From assembly GCA_977017645.1 (NCBI GenBank), contig OZ360257.1, positions 15,376,001 to 15,440,000 of the forward strand: DNA of 64,000 bases, written 5' to 3'. Both the position numbers and the translations under genes were made by a program. This stretch comes from Torpedo marmorata (Eukaryota). Below, piece by piece: positions 24,740 through 38,479 of the stretch (positions are counted from its first letter, which is position 1; every line of letters starts with the position of its first letter). Under the pieces are notes generated by a model. It was not told where the DNA came from. It searched no databases and saw nothing but the letters and a program-made list of their open reading frames with translations.

Positions 24740-26228
24740 AACTATTGTCGCCCCAGGAAAAAGGTGCTGAATGTCCAAACTTTATAAGCCTCCTCATAAC
24801 CTTATATACCTCTGTTTATTCACCTGTCATCCACAGAGAAAAGCTCTATCTCTGTCAACCTTGCTCCATATGACATGGTCTCCAATCAAGGCAATAAGAT
24901 ATCCTGATAAATATCTGCACCCTCTCTAATGCATCTACATACTTGCAGTAACAAAGCGAACAGAACTGAACGCAATATTCCAAGTGTGGTCTCACCAGAG
25001 TTTTATGGGTCTGCAACATTTCCTCTCGGCTTTTATCCGACGAATGAAGTCCAACCCACCATACACCTTCTTGACCAGCGCGTCAACTAGCGCAGCAACC
25101 TTAAGGGGTGTATTAACATGGACCCCAAGATCTCTCAGTTCCTCCAAACTGCTAGAAATTCTGCCATTAACACGCACTCCGCTTTCGATTCGACCTTCAA
25201 AGTGCACTACACTTAACCGTATTGAACTCAATCTGCCACTTCTCTGCCCAACTCCGCATCCTGTCTATATCCCGTGATAACCCACGATAGCCTTCTGCAC
25301 TCCCGACAACACTGTGAACCGTTGTATGATTAGCAAATGCAAAGAAAATAGAGCACAGAAAGAAATTCTCTGATTGGACATGATGCCTTCGAACCAACCC
25401 TCAGCGTTGATGCATTACCCCAAATACCACAGGCGATCCAAACACTCATCGGATCTGTGTGGCGTTTGCAACATAAATTAACCCAGCATTTCAAGCGGGA
25501 CGGTTAACGTCACAGTTCGGCGGAATGCATTTACAGCGTCAGCGACGCGGGTTCAAATACAGCGCTGCCCTGGAAGGAGTTTTATTGCTTTCCCTCGTGA
25601 ACTGCTCGGTTTCCCCGGGTACTCTGGTTTCTTCCCACTCACGAAAACAGTATGGGGTTGGCATGTTCAGTGGATGTCATGTGGCAGCACGGGCGTCTGT
25701 ATAGTTTAAATAAAAGTTCAGTCAAGCCAGCATGGCAGTTGACGAGTGAAAACAAATCATCAGGTCAGACCGACTGATGAACCTTTGAAAACTCATGGGA
25801 ACAAAGTTATTTTCAGGTGTATAATAATGAAAAGGAAAATATGTGTGATAATCAGGATCATTGGGAACAAAGAACAGAGAGAATTGCGAACAAGTACCCC
25901 CAGGGACGAAGTTAAAGCGAAGCAAATGGAGATAGATGCAGGCGACACTCCAGTGTCACGGTTCCACGTCAGGTGATGCAGCGAGCTCGCACCTGAACCT
26001 TGTTTATTACGATAACTGGTGTTAGTTACTCTGGGCGGAGCGATCTCAGGTCATAAACTTAGAATGAACTGATACTGTTTGTTAAATCGAGTATGTGGAG
26101 GTGTTATGTAATTTAATGTCCCAGTAGAACGGCTGTCCTATATATTAGGCTTCACAGTGAAACTCTTCGTTTTCACATATTCATATGTGCTGTGGAGAAA
26201 CCGCTCTTATCCTCAAAAGATACCACGA

Positions 26229-26280
26229 ATGGACACCACGGAGATCTTCTATCCCATATTTGCAATTGTCGGCATTCCTG
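26229..26280 (+). CDS. GPR139-like GPCR copy 3, coding exon 1 (MDTTEIFYPIFAIVGIP-G)
   Basis: ATG at 26229; donor GTAAGT at 26281. Confidence 0.85.
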
Positions 26281-28062
26281 GTAAGTGATTTTGCTGCGAT
26301 CTCGACCGCGTGTTTTCTGGTTGTCCGTNNNNNNNNNNNNNNNNNNNNNNNNNNNNNNNNNNNNNNNNNNNNNNNNNNNNNNNNNNNNNNNNNNNNNNNN
26401 NNNNNNNNNNNNNNNNNNNNNNNNNNNNNNNNNNNNNNNNNNNNNNNNNNNNNNNNNNGCTCTGCCAGGATTTAAAGAATCTATTGACCTGACGTTGTTG
26501 AAGTTAGACAATGTCCAGTCACTAGAAAATAAAACCGAAGACCTCTGGGCAATGCTGCTATATCAGTGACAGTTGAGACAAATCTCAGTTGTTTTCTGCT
26601 GCGAGTCCTGTCCAACAGAAAACACAAAGAAAGCTGCGATCCGACCAGGGGTTTTAACCATTCACAGGCTGGACTGGGACATGGATTCTGGCAATGTGAT
26701 AGGTCACGGTGTTTGCTTTCCTGTTAATATCGGTTGGTGCACGGACGTTGGTGTTCTTTCGAAATCTTCCTCCAGTGGCGGAGAGCAGATATCGATCAAA
26801 TTAAAACTCTTCTATGTACCCCGAAGTTTCTCATCAGTTATTCTCACCCGAGTTTATCCTCTTCCGACACCAATTACAAACAGGCACGTGCGGAGCTGCA
26901 TGACCTGGTCAGTGAACAAGCCCACCCCGAGACACTTCCAGTCACAGTCGTTGACTTTAACCAGGCCTGTCTTAAGAAAGCCCTGCGCAAATATCACCAG
27001 CACGTAACCTGCTGTACGAGAGACACCAGCACATTTGATCATTGCGACGACAACATAAGGAATGCCTACGTCCTTTCATGATAGAATAAGTTGGTGTTTG
27101 CTGTACACCCCATCTAAACCCCTCATGATGTTGTCTACCCCCAATAATTCACCTCTACCCCTTCATCGCCGTAGAGAAAAGCCCCAGCTCTGTCAACCTT
27201 CCTTCATATGATAGGTTCTGCAATCCAGGCAACACCTTTTCACACTCTCCAGAGCATCCAGATATTTCCTATATGGAGGCAACCTTAACTGAACGCAACG
27301 ATTTGAACTGTTCATCGTCACGTATCGGTAAAAAGTGAAAAGGCGTTATTTTGCCTGCTATCCAGGCAAGTCAAGCCACATAAAATACAGCAGGCAGCGC
27401 AAGGATAAAAATAGTACAGGTGATAGTCTTACAATAAAGTACAGCATGACGTGCTAAAGACAGGAGTGCTGTTAATCTATGCAAGTCATTACGTTTTACT
27501 CATGAGAGGTCTGTTCAACAGCCTGCCAGCAGGAATGTAAGTGCCCTTGAATCTGGTTGGGTGCGTTTTGTCCAATATCGTGCTTCTTGTGACCGGCGGC
27601 AGGGATAAGGAGAGACTGCGGGAGGGGTGGAACAGATTCTTGAACATGTATAGTGATTATTTATACGCGTGACGGCGGGAGATATGGACGAAGTCGATGG
27701 ACGGGGGATTGGATTATTGATAACACTGATTGCGTTCATTAGACTCCGTGGTTTCTTGAGACTCCGAGCTCAGCAGTTTCCACACCAATCTGTGATGCAC
27801 CCGCACCGGACACTTTCTATTGTTCATCTGCACACAACGGACAGGGTCAACGGGGGCATGACGAAATTCTCCGCTTCTGAGGAAGTGAAAGCGTTGCTGC
27901 GCTTTCCATTCCGTAGTGCCAATGTAATGTTGGCAACCGCATAATTTAGAGGAGCATACAAATGTTTCGATTAGGTTAATCCCAAAGATTCTATTGTGAA
28001 AATCACGTTAAAGATGTTGGCATGTTTTTCTGGTAGTTTCCTGGTTTTCCATCTTGTTACAG

Positions 28063-28976
28063 GTAACCTGCTCTCGATTGTGGTCCTGTCCCGGGGAATG
28101 TGCGGCCTCTCCAAAGGAGTGATTCGTTACATGGTAACCATGGCAGTTGCAGACACAATGGTCTGTGTGTTTAACGTTACAGTGACATTCGTCTTCCGCC
28201 ATCATTTTCAGGGTTCATTCTGGGCACACACCACCACTTGTCGCCTTACAGACTTCATACAGAAATCCAGCGTGCAATTCTCTGTCTGGGCCACGGTATC
28301 GTTCACAGTGGACCGCTTCATTGCCATTTGTTGCCAGCAATTCAAAACAAAATATTGTACCGAAAGAAACGCCACGGTGGTTCTTACAACTGTTGGTCTG
28401 ATGAGCTTTTTGATGCACATTCCAGCTTATTTCCGGTATGAACACCTTTACATTGTGGGTAATGTCCAATGGGGCTGCCGTACTATAACACGATATATTT
28501 CTTCACCAGCATGGCAGACTTACAGATGGTTGTCTAAACTTATGGTACCACTGGTGCCGCTGCCGCTGATGTTGCTACTGAATTCTCTCACCATCCGACA
28601 CATTTTACTTGTCAGCAGAGCTCGGAAGGCTTTGAAGCGCCGTGGGGACGGTCAGGTATTTGATCCCGAGATGACGAACCGGAGAACGTCCATTATATTG
28701 CTCTTCGCCATTTCTGGTACCTTCATAGCGTTGTGGACACCGATTACGATAATTGACCAATATTTCCATCTCACATTAAGCTTTGCGACCGACGCCCCGA
28801 AGTCACTGCTTCTTGCAATTAATATCGCCATTCTGCTGATGTATTTGAGCTGCTGTACAAACACTTGTGTTTATGCAATGACACAGAGGAGATTCCGGGA
28901 GGAGGTGAAGAAGGTGGCAAAATATCCATTTATTGCCCTTGTACGGTTTTTAAAACCAATGACGCAGCCACAATGA
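28063..28976 (+). CDS. GPR139-like GPCR copy 3, exon 2
   Basis: Acceptor ends at 28062; open 914-nt exon with 7TM motifs. Confidence 0.93.
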
Positions 28977-31340
28977 ATCAGAGATCATGGCCCTGTTCCT
29001 CAGTTCGCTTCCAATGTCGAATCTCGTCCTTTTTATTAATAATTCCCTGTAACGTAAGCCCCGTAAACAAAGCCAACCACACACACCATTCCCACACCAA
29101 CATTTCGGGACGTGTCCTCCTGTACTGCTAAATGGAGGCCATCCGCAAATTAGGCGACTACTGGATAACTGACCATTGTAAATGTCCAAACAATTGAATG
29201 AAACGTTCAACGACGTACTGCATGAATCACATTTTGCCCAGGTTAATCAATATTTCAAATTTGAATTCAGGTTTTTGTTGCATGTACGAAGACCTCATGA
29301 GAGTGTTTTTTGATTTGATTTTTTTTACAATATACCAGTAGGCATCTCATACATCGAAGAAGGAGAGAGACACAACAAAACAGTGCAGAGTTACAGAGAA
29401 GTAGATAAAGTGAGAGTACGAGAGAGATAACGAAATGGAGAGAGAGAGAGAGCGAAATGGAGAGAGAGAGGGAGCGAGAGAGAGAGAGACAGAGAGAGTG
29501 GGAGAGTGATTCAGCGAGAGAGAGACACAGAGAGAGAGAGAGTGTGTGGGAGATCGAGAGAGAGTCAGACAGACAGAGACAGAGAGAGGTGGAGAGGGAG
29601 AGATAGAGAGAGAGTTCAGTTGGTACGGAACAAAGGAGACATAATTTCACTATCTTGGGACAAATACAGAAAACGCAGAGATTTCTCAGCAGGCCCGGTC
29701 GTCTGTGCCAGATCTTTTAAGGAAATTCCGCTGGAGAGCAGAGTCGAACGTCATCGGGTCAAGCATTTGCATATTCTTTTCTTATTCAATTTTTAAAAGG
29801 CAGTATCCCAAACACAGGTCGTGTCATATTTAATGTTCTTTATTATAGCATAACAATAAAATAAATTTGAATCTTCAATTTCGGCAGGATATATATCAGG
29901 TGAAAACTTGGGCTGTGCGTTGCCAGCTGGAATTATATACTGACAACTGCAAATAGTGATCGGCACATGCACTAAATGTTCCATCAGGAAGGAAACGTGA
30001 TGAACAGAGGGACATGGGGGTCTGAATTCATAGTTGCCTGAAAGCAGCAACACGTTTTTTAGGGTGATGGTGCCTTCCTAGTTCGAGGATAATATACAGG
30101 ATCTCGAATTTCACAAACACTGTTCAGACTGTACTTGAAGTATTGTTTGCAGTTCTGGTCGCCACACTATTTATGTGATTGGACCGGAGTTGTTGCAGAG
30201 GAAATTCACCAGGACGAGCTGTGGAAAGGTGGACGAGCTGTGGAAGGTGCTTAATAGGAAGGGTCCTATTTTCCATGGAGCACAGCAGGTTTAGGAACGA
30301 GCTGGGAAATATAAGTAAGATGATGAGAGTCACCGATAGGGAAGATGTTCAAAATCTATTTCTAATGCCAGGGTTAACAAAAGTATGTGGACACGAGTTT
30401 AAGGTGAGTTTTAAGTTGAATCTAGGAGATTGTCTTTATAAACAGGCATATGAAGCAAAGAAATATGCTGGAGGAACTCAGTAGGTCGAACATCATTCGT
30501 GGAGATAAGATACATCGACGTTTCGGGTCAGAAACCTTCATCACGTTTAATATCTGATTTGCTCTTCTCGGGGATGCGGTGAAGTCAGATATAATTCTCC
30601 AAACACATCAGTAAGGAAGCCACTATTTCTGTTGGGTGCTGCACTTGACTCAATTACCTTTATGAAGTTGTCTCTCACGTATTCGGTGATGATCTATTTT
30701 ATTACCCCGGACGTCTGCTCAACAGCTGAATTCCCATCAATGGGTTCTAATTTCCTTAACCGTCACTATGAACAGTGGGATGACGAGCAGAACTCTCCAT
30801 TCCAGCATAACTGTTCCTGAATCAGCAAAAACGGAACAGGTTAATACTTGAAACTTGTGCTTCTTCCACGATGCTCCATAATCATATGTGGGGTCAATCT
30901 AAACATGAACAATTTGTTGGAGAATTCGGAAAATCAATTTCAATTTGTTATTTTTTATCCGAATTATTTGATCTGATATTTGTGTGGATTTCAGAACAAT
31001 TTTATTTCCAACCCAAAGGCAAAATGATTTGGTATTTTTCAAGATTCCAACAGTGTGAATTTAAACAATACTAAGGAGCAGGCAAATCATCCCAAGTTCT
31101 AGGGTTTGTTGGTTCTTTTCCGAATCTATAAATACACATCGTCACTATAATAACGCGATGTGGATATATTTTGTTTGGAATGATTCGTCTTCCTGATCGA
31201 CATCAGCAGTTATGACTTGATTTGTTCTATTTTCTCCAATGAAAATCTGCGACTAATGACAATCATTTTGTGTTCATGTGTCATTATGTGTCAGGTTTAC
31301 TTTATTTATAAGTCAGGCATTGCTGTGAATTCCATTAAGC

Positions 31341-31714
31341 CAGTGTTTTTCAAACTTTTTCTTTCCACTCACATACCACCTTAAGTAATCCCTGTGCCAT
31401 AGGTGCTCTGTGATTAGCAAGGGTTATTTAAGTTGGTATATGAGTGGGGAAAAAAGGTTGCGAACCACTGCTCTGGACCTAATTGTTACTGAAATATTTT
31501 GCTTGAGTAAAATTGTCTTTGGCCCATTTCCTTTGGAGTTATGAAACCGTGCACACAACGAGTCAAAGAGGTACGATTAAAACAGTGGTTTTCATACTTT
31601 TTCTTTCCCCTCACATACCACCTTAAGTAATCCCTTACTAATCACAGAGCAACTATGGCATAGGGATTACATAAGGTGGCATGTGAGTTTGAAGAAAAAG
31701 TTTGAAAACCACTG
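31341..31714. mobile_element. hAT-like MITE, unit 3
   Basis: Homolog of 7509-7880. Confidence 0.75.
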
Positions 31715-33631
31715 CATTTAACTAACTAGAGCAACTGCATCTCATCTGTCCAATCATAGAGCGACCAGTAATTTTAGAGAACGAAAACAATTACAATCCT
31801 ATTCTTAGAATAGTTGGTGTACATTGTAAGCCATGTAACATATGCAAAAAAACATTCTTACTCGAGTTTTCAAGTCAACTCATGTCAAGTTTATTTTCAT
31901 CTGATTGCACAAGTACAACCCGAAGAAACAGCGTTATCCGGTCCTCGGTACACAACATGCCGACATAACACCAGACATAACACACATACAGACAAATAAT
32001 ACATACTTACGTCATACATATAATACATTTTAATGCACAGATTCTTCAACCGGCGCAATGCTCTTGTCCTTTGAATAAACGCGTTGCTTTTGCTGACGTA
32101 AGTGGCCAACTTTATAGAAACAATTCCCAAGTGTTCGTGTTGCATTTCGATTTTTAATATACTGTAGAAAAATGTCGTGACATAAAGTTGACGGAATTAA
32201 TGGAAAATAGCTAATGGTTTAGCTTTGCACGTGGCGAAATAATTTTTAATGTAAGTCAACCACTCAGAAAAGATCCCCGCCTGCCGATCCAATATAAGGA
32301 AGATATGTGCGCTACGTTGCTTTATTTTAAGAGATTTTCAGCCGCTCACGTTAAATTTAAGAAACAGTCTGGTGGCTTTTGTTTCCTCGAATTACCTCCA
32401 GCTAAAGGACTTGAGACAGCAGGATCAGAGCAGCCTGTGTGTTCCAAGTACAAGCAGAAGCTACATGGAGCTTCCCAGTGCTCCAGACAGTTGTAGATCT
32501 CGATCACAACCAGGCTGCAATACCATCCTAGCAACGAAAATTATCCATAATTATTTGGAGGAATTGGGCATGTTTCGTCGTCTGATTCGTAACTTCCACA
32601 AAGTATATTGTGCAGCAAGATCATGAAAGAAATACCTTAAATCAAAGGCAAAAACAGGAACAGAATTTGGAAAGAAAATTGAAAATAATTCCGAGGTCCA
32701 GGATGAATCCGCAGTTGGAGAGAAGGGGATTGATTAAGGAGAGTTAGCATAGCTTTGTTGTTGGCAGATTATATACAACCAAGTTTGTGTTTGTTTCGAG
32801 GAACAGCGCAATGTATCGATGAGAGTACTGCAGTGGATGAAGTTGACACGAATTTCGGTACGACCCTGTCAAATATCCAGACAATGGGCTTGCACGGTTA
32901 GCGTAGCGGTTAGTGCAACACATTTACAGGGCCAGTGTCCCGGGTTCGCACCCGGCCCTGTCTGTGAGGAGTTTGTCCGTTCTCCATGTGTTTGCGTGGG
33001 TTTCCCTCCGGGTGCTGCGGTTTCCTGCCACGCGTTAAAACGTAGTTTATTGGGTTATTTGAGCGGCACAGACTGTGGGCCAGAAAGGCCTGTTACGGTG
33101 CTGTATGTCTAAATAAGCACTGGTCCACAGATCAAGGGATCAAAGGCAATTTGGAAATTCGGATTCAATGTTTGCCTCGTAATAGAAGATTCATGATGGA
33201 AAATTGAATATAGAATATAGAAATCTTCAACGTAGTATAGGCCACTTAGCCCACAGGGTTATGCCAACCTAATAATCTCCGCTTCCAATGGCCGAGAATT
33301 TCCGTCCTGTATAACGCTCATTATCTCTATGTTCCAAGTACCAATATACTAGTCTCTTAAAATATCCTATTGTACCTGCCTCCAAAACATTTGTTAGCAA
33401 TGAATTCCATGCACCCACTACTCACTGTGTGAAGATCGTGCCTCTCACCCTCCCCATGTACTTACTACGAAGGACTTTTAAACGCATCCCGCCTGAATAG
33501 AGGTTTTCCTTTGCGTCTGGAAACCTATCTTCCACAGTGCCAAAACGTCAAACTATTGGGGGGACTCAGCGGAATGAACAGCGTGTGAGTGTGTGTGTGT
33601 GTGTGTGTGTTACTGTGTGTGTGTATGTGTG

Positions 33632-33668
<37 letters not shown>

Positions 33669-33979
33669 TGGGCGGGTGGAAGCGATAGTGGAGTCTTCGG
33701 GACGATACTTTGCCTCAGGGCCATGCTTGAAATTCAGCTCAGCAAGGTCACGTTTGAACCTCTTTTCAGAAGAGATGGATCTGATCTCGGCTTCCATATG
33801 ACATCAACGTTATTAAAGTAAATGCGCACGTCTAAGTAGAGCAAACATGCAGTCTCATCGCGCTTATGCCACACACTTAAAACTACCAGAGAAACTTGGT
33901 TCAATAATAATATAATTGCAGCAAATCACGAAGTGTCTGCTGTTCTGCCTTCAGATCAGAGAACATTATTAATCTAAAT

Positions 33980-35368
33980 CTCTAAAAAGGGTAATAGAGA
34001 GTATCCTGAGAATTACAGACAGGTGAGTCTGACGTCAGTGGTGTGAAAACTATCGGAGAGGATTCTTAAGGACACGATTTATGAGCATTTGGAGAAGTAC
34101 AGTCGTCTGAGAGACATAAGCATGGTTTTGTGAGGGGATGGTCGTGCCTCATGAGCCTCATTGCATTTTCTGAGGAGAGAACAAAATATATTGAGGAAAG
34201 TGTGACTTTAGACAAGGTACATATGGATTTCAGTGAGGCGTTTGACAAGGTTCCCCATGAAAGACTCGGTCAGAAAGACATCAGGCATTCTATCCACGGA
34301 ATCTCATCTGTGTGGATAAAAAATTGGCTTGCCTGTAGAAAGCAGAGGACGGCACAGAAAGTCTTCTGTCTGGAAGTCAGTGACTAGTGGAGTTCCGCAG
34401 GGATATATTCTAGAACCCCTGCTCTTTGTGCATTTTATTAATGACCGAGATGAAGAGCGGAAGGGTGTGTCAGTAGGTTTGCAGATGATATAATGGTTGG
34501 AGGAGCTGCAGTTAGTGTTGAGGTTTGTCGTAGATTACAATGCAGAGATGGGCGCAAAAGTGGCAGATCGACTTCAATCCCGATAATTTTGTGAAGCATT
34601 TTGGAAGGTCAAACCTTGATGAATACAGCATTAATGGTCGGATACTTAAGAGTGTGGAGGAACAGAGGGACCTTGAAGTTCAAATCCATACATCTCTCAA
34701 TGTTTCCGCGCAGGATGATAGGATAGTTAAGAAGGCGTAGGGATGCTGTGTTTCAATAATAGGGAGATTGAGTTCAATAGTATAGAGGTCATGTTGCAAC
34801 TCTACACACCTCTGGTTAGACCATACTTATAGTATTTTATTCAGTTATGGCCACATCGTTATAGGAAGGATGTGGAAACTGTGGAGAGGGTGCGGAGGAG
34901 ATTTACCAGTGTATTTCCTGGATTGGAAAATGTCTTCCGAGGCAAGGTTAGTAGAGCAGGGACTTTTTTGTTTGGAGTGAAGAAGGATGAGAGGTGACTT
35001 AATCAAAGTCTACAAGAATATAGACAGTAGATAGGGAAGACAGCAAGCGCCTTTTCGCAGGGAGGGAATAGCAAACACCAGGGGACGTATGCACAAAGTG
35101 AAGGGAGGAAGGTTGAGGGGAGATATCAGGGGTAAATTATTCACACAGAGATGGAGGAGCCGGCAATGCTTTGCCAGGTTGGTGGTGGGGGCTGAATCAT
35201 TTTGGGTATTTAAGAGACTCGTAGACAGGCACATGGATGAACGAAAATTAGAGGATTATATGTTTGGAAGGCTTCAGTATTTTCGTGGTAGGAATATACA
35301 GATCGGCACAACATTGAAGGCCGAATAGCCTGTACTGTACTGTCATGTTCCATGTTCTATGTTCTATG
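33980..35368 (+). mobile_element. Decayed CR1 LINE 3' part, unit 3
   Basis: Homolog of 20760-22150. Confidence 0.88.
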
Positions 35369-35890
35369 TTTTGAAACTACTTTGATGCCATTCGTCATTC
35401 TGTTCCATGTAATTTACGGCCTCTCAAAATGCATCACTCAGTGGTTGCTGGGAATGGCAGAAGCTGACTGAGTGGTTGTGAAACTGTATATGAATTGATT
35501 TTATATGAGATTGACGATCGGTATTTTCCACATTCAGACTTCAATCAGACTTCTCTCTGTAGAGTTATTCTGACCATGTTATTTATTTCCATTGACTGTT
35601 CGATCGATCGATTTTTTGCTTTTTGTCACCAAACGCTACGATCAAAATATTGCACTGAAAATAATTCATCTGTAGCGAAATCGCGGTGGAATTTTCCTCA
35701 ACATTTGGGAAAAAACACCATTTTATTTATTAACCTCGGGAAGTAATTGATAACGTTGAATTATCCTGCAATGTAATATTAAGAAGTAAACACGAAAATC
35801 TGTAGACACCGTAATAATGTAGTAAAAAACACAAATGCTGGAGAACTCAGCAGGTCAAACAGTGTCTTTTATGTAGCAAAGGTAGAAATA

Positions 35891-35931
35891 CATAACTGAC
35901 GTTTCAGGCTTGAGCCCTTCTTCAAAGTATG
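35891..35931 (-). ncRNA. Mirror copy of the hammerhead-like motif in the inverted arm
   Basis: Reverse complement of 37517-37557. Confidence 0.55.
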
Positions 35932-37516
35932 AGAAAATGCCGGCAGACGTCCGAACAAAGGAGTGAGGGGGGAAGGGTGGGTGGGAAAGGCAGAAGATAA
36001 TAGGTGGAGACAGGAGGGAGGGGACAGTAGCAAAGAGGGGGAGGAGGGATGGCTGGGTAGCTGGAGAAACACAGGAAGGACAGGTGAGGGGGGAGGGGAA
36101 GGGAACAACAAGCAGGTTTAGTGGAAAGCAGAAAAGTCAATGTTAATTCCATCTGGCTGGAGAGTGCCGAGACGGAATATGAGATGTTGTTCCTCCAGTT
36201 TGCGGGTAGTCTTGGTGGGATAGTACATGAGGCCATGGACAGACATGTGAGTGTGGGAGTGTGACCCAGAATTGAAATGGTTGGCCACTGGGAGGTCGCT
36301 GTTGTTGCGAACCGAGCGGAGGTGCTGAGCGAAGCGATCTCCCAATCTACGACCGGTCTCTCCAATGTATAGAAAGCCACAAAGGGAGCACCGGATGCAG
36401 TAAATAAGTCCTCTGGATGTACAAGTGAAGTGTTGCTTCACTTGGAAGGCCTGTTTGGGGCCCTGGACCGTGGTGAGGGGGGACGTGTGGGCGCAGGTGT
36501 TGCACCTCCTGCGGGCACAGGGGAAGGTTCCGGGGGTGCGATGGGTGGGGAGGGACGAGTGTTCCCAAGATAAGGTGTTCCACTCCAGATCTTCTGAAAT
36601 GTCTGCCTTTTTCCACAAACGTGGCTTCCCCTCCACCACCATCAACTCAGCCCTCACCCGCATCTCCTCCATTTCCCGCTCATCTGCCCTGGCCCCCTCT
36701 GCCCCCAGACACAACAAACATAGAATACCCCTCATCCTCACCTACCACCCCACCAGCCTCCGCATCCAACACATTATCCGTCGGAATTTCCGGCACTTGC
36801 TGCAGGATCCCACCACCAGACACATTTTTCCTTCTCCTCCCCTCTCGGCCTTCCGTAGGGACCGCTCCCTCCGTGATTCACTCGTGCACTCGTCCCTCCC
36901 CACCCATCGCACCCCCGGAACCTTCCCCTGTGCCCGCAGGAGGTGCAACACCTGCGCCCACACGTCCCCCCTCACCACGGTCCAGGGCCCCAAACAGGCC
37001 TTCCAAGTGAAGCAACACTTCACTTGTACATCCAGAGGACTTATTTACTGCATCCGGTGCTCCCTTTGTGGCTTTCTATACATTGGAGAGACCGGTCGTA
37101 GATTGGGAGATCGCTTCGCTCAGCACCTCCGCTCGGTTCGCAACAACAGCGACCTCCCAGTGGCCAACCATTTCAATTCTGGGTCACACTCCCACACTCA
37201 CATGTCTGTCCATGGCCTCATGTACTATCCCACCAAGACTACCCGCAAACTGGAGGAACAACATCTCATATTCCGTCTCGGCACTCTCCAGCCAGATGGA
37301 ATTAACATTGACTTTTCTGCTTTCCACTAAACCTGCTTGTTGTTCCCTTCCCCTCCCCCCTCACCTGTCCTTCCTGTGTTTCTCCAGCTACCCAGCCATC
37401 CCTCCTCCCCCTCTTTGCTACTGTCCCCTCCCTCCTGTCTCCACCTATTATCTTCTGCCTTTCCCACCCACCCTTCCCCCCTCACTCCTTTGTTCGGACG
37501 TCTGCCGGCATTTTCT

Positions 37517-37557
37517 CATACTTTGAAGAAGGGCTCAAGCCTGAAACGTCAGTTATG
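37517..37557 (+). ncRNA. Minimal hammerhead ribozyme-like motif in the Penelope 3' region
   Basis: CATACT-TTGAAGA-AGGGCTCAAGCCT-GAAAC-GTC-AGTTATG: core with a C3U variant, stem II, GAAAC/GUC and stem I. Confidence 0.6.
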
Positions 37558-38479
37558 TATTTCTACCTTTGCTACATAAAAGACACTGTTTGACCTGCTG
37601 AGTTCTCCAGCATTTGTGTTTTTTACTGCAATGTAATATCATGCTTTTACACCTTATGAATTTGAGCAGTTATTCTCTGGCAGTAAAAAGTCTTTAACTC
37701 ATTTGCTCTTTATGTCTTTATCTTGTCGCCACATTCCCTGACCATCAGCCGCATTATACTGGCTATCCGAGCGAGGAGCAAACTCCGAAGAAAGAACACC
37801 AATGGGAACCGCAGTGTCGCAGAGATGGGGAACCGCAGGAAACCGATAATGTTGCGGCTGGTCATTTCCAGCACGTTTATTCTCTTCAGGATGGCTATCA
37901 TATGCGTGCAATTTACTGTTGCGCATAATTTGGAAGGAAGCTGCAATGATACCTTCACCATTGCGGGATTGTCGGGTTATATGCTGAAGTTTTTGATTTC
38001 TTGCCCAATCCCATTGTTAACAACAGCGGTTAGAGCAACGCTATTACAGCGCCAGCGACCCGGGTTCATTTCCGGCGCTACTGGAAGGAGCTTGTACGTT
38101 CTCCCCATGTCTACGAGTGTTTCCTCCGTGCCCTCCGGTTTCCTCCCCAATAAAAAAAACGTAAGGAGGTTGAAAGTTAATTGTGGTATTTTGGTGGGAC
38201 GGGCTCGTGGGCCGGAAGTGCCTGTCCCGTTCCCAATGCTAGATTTAAAATTTAAACCACTTCCTTGTTGCACTGTCCCAGAGAAAATTCAGAGAGGGTC
38301 TGAAGAATCTGGTAAAATGTCCAGTGACTCTTCTTACCAAGGCAAACAACTGCAAGGAATGACACTAGTTTATTTTCTCACATAACAAAATGAATAACCT
38401 CGAACAAAGTAAACAAAAATCACTGTACGTGCATGACCACAAAGTAACCTTCAAATGAAAATTGGGTCTCTGGATGGTG

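Larger units (their letters stand above)
35780..37625 (+). mobile_element. 5'-truncated Penelope-like retroelement (GIY-YIG, Neptune-type Cys linker) with inverted copy of its 3' part
   Basis: Absent at the homologous sites (~22580, ~50123, ~59404). TSD CTGCAATGTAATAT at 35766-35779 and 37626-37639. Open frame to 37330 with CARRRCNTC and GLIYCIRC..LYIGETGRRLGDRF..H..VANHF. Arms 35821-36561 and 36887-37627 are reverse complements. Confidence 0.93.
35418..38005 (+). pseudogene. Decayed GPR139-like paralog, unit 3, interrupted by a Penelope-like insertion
   Basis: Same sequence as 22200-22950, split by the insert at 35780-37625. Confidence 0.82.

Noticed and set aside
36118-37330. 301-aa and 207-aa ORFs as host GIY-YIG nuclease genes
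   Set aside because: They are pieces of a truncated Penelope ORF; their N-termini are antisense read-through from the inverted arrangement.
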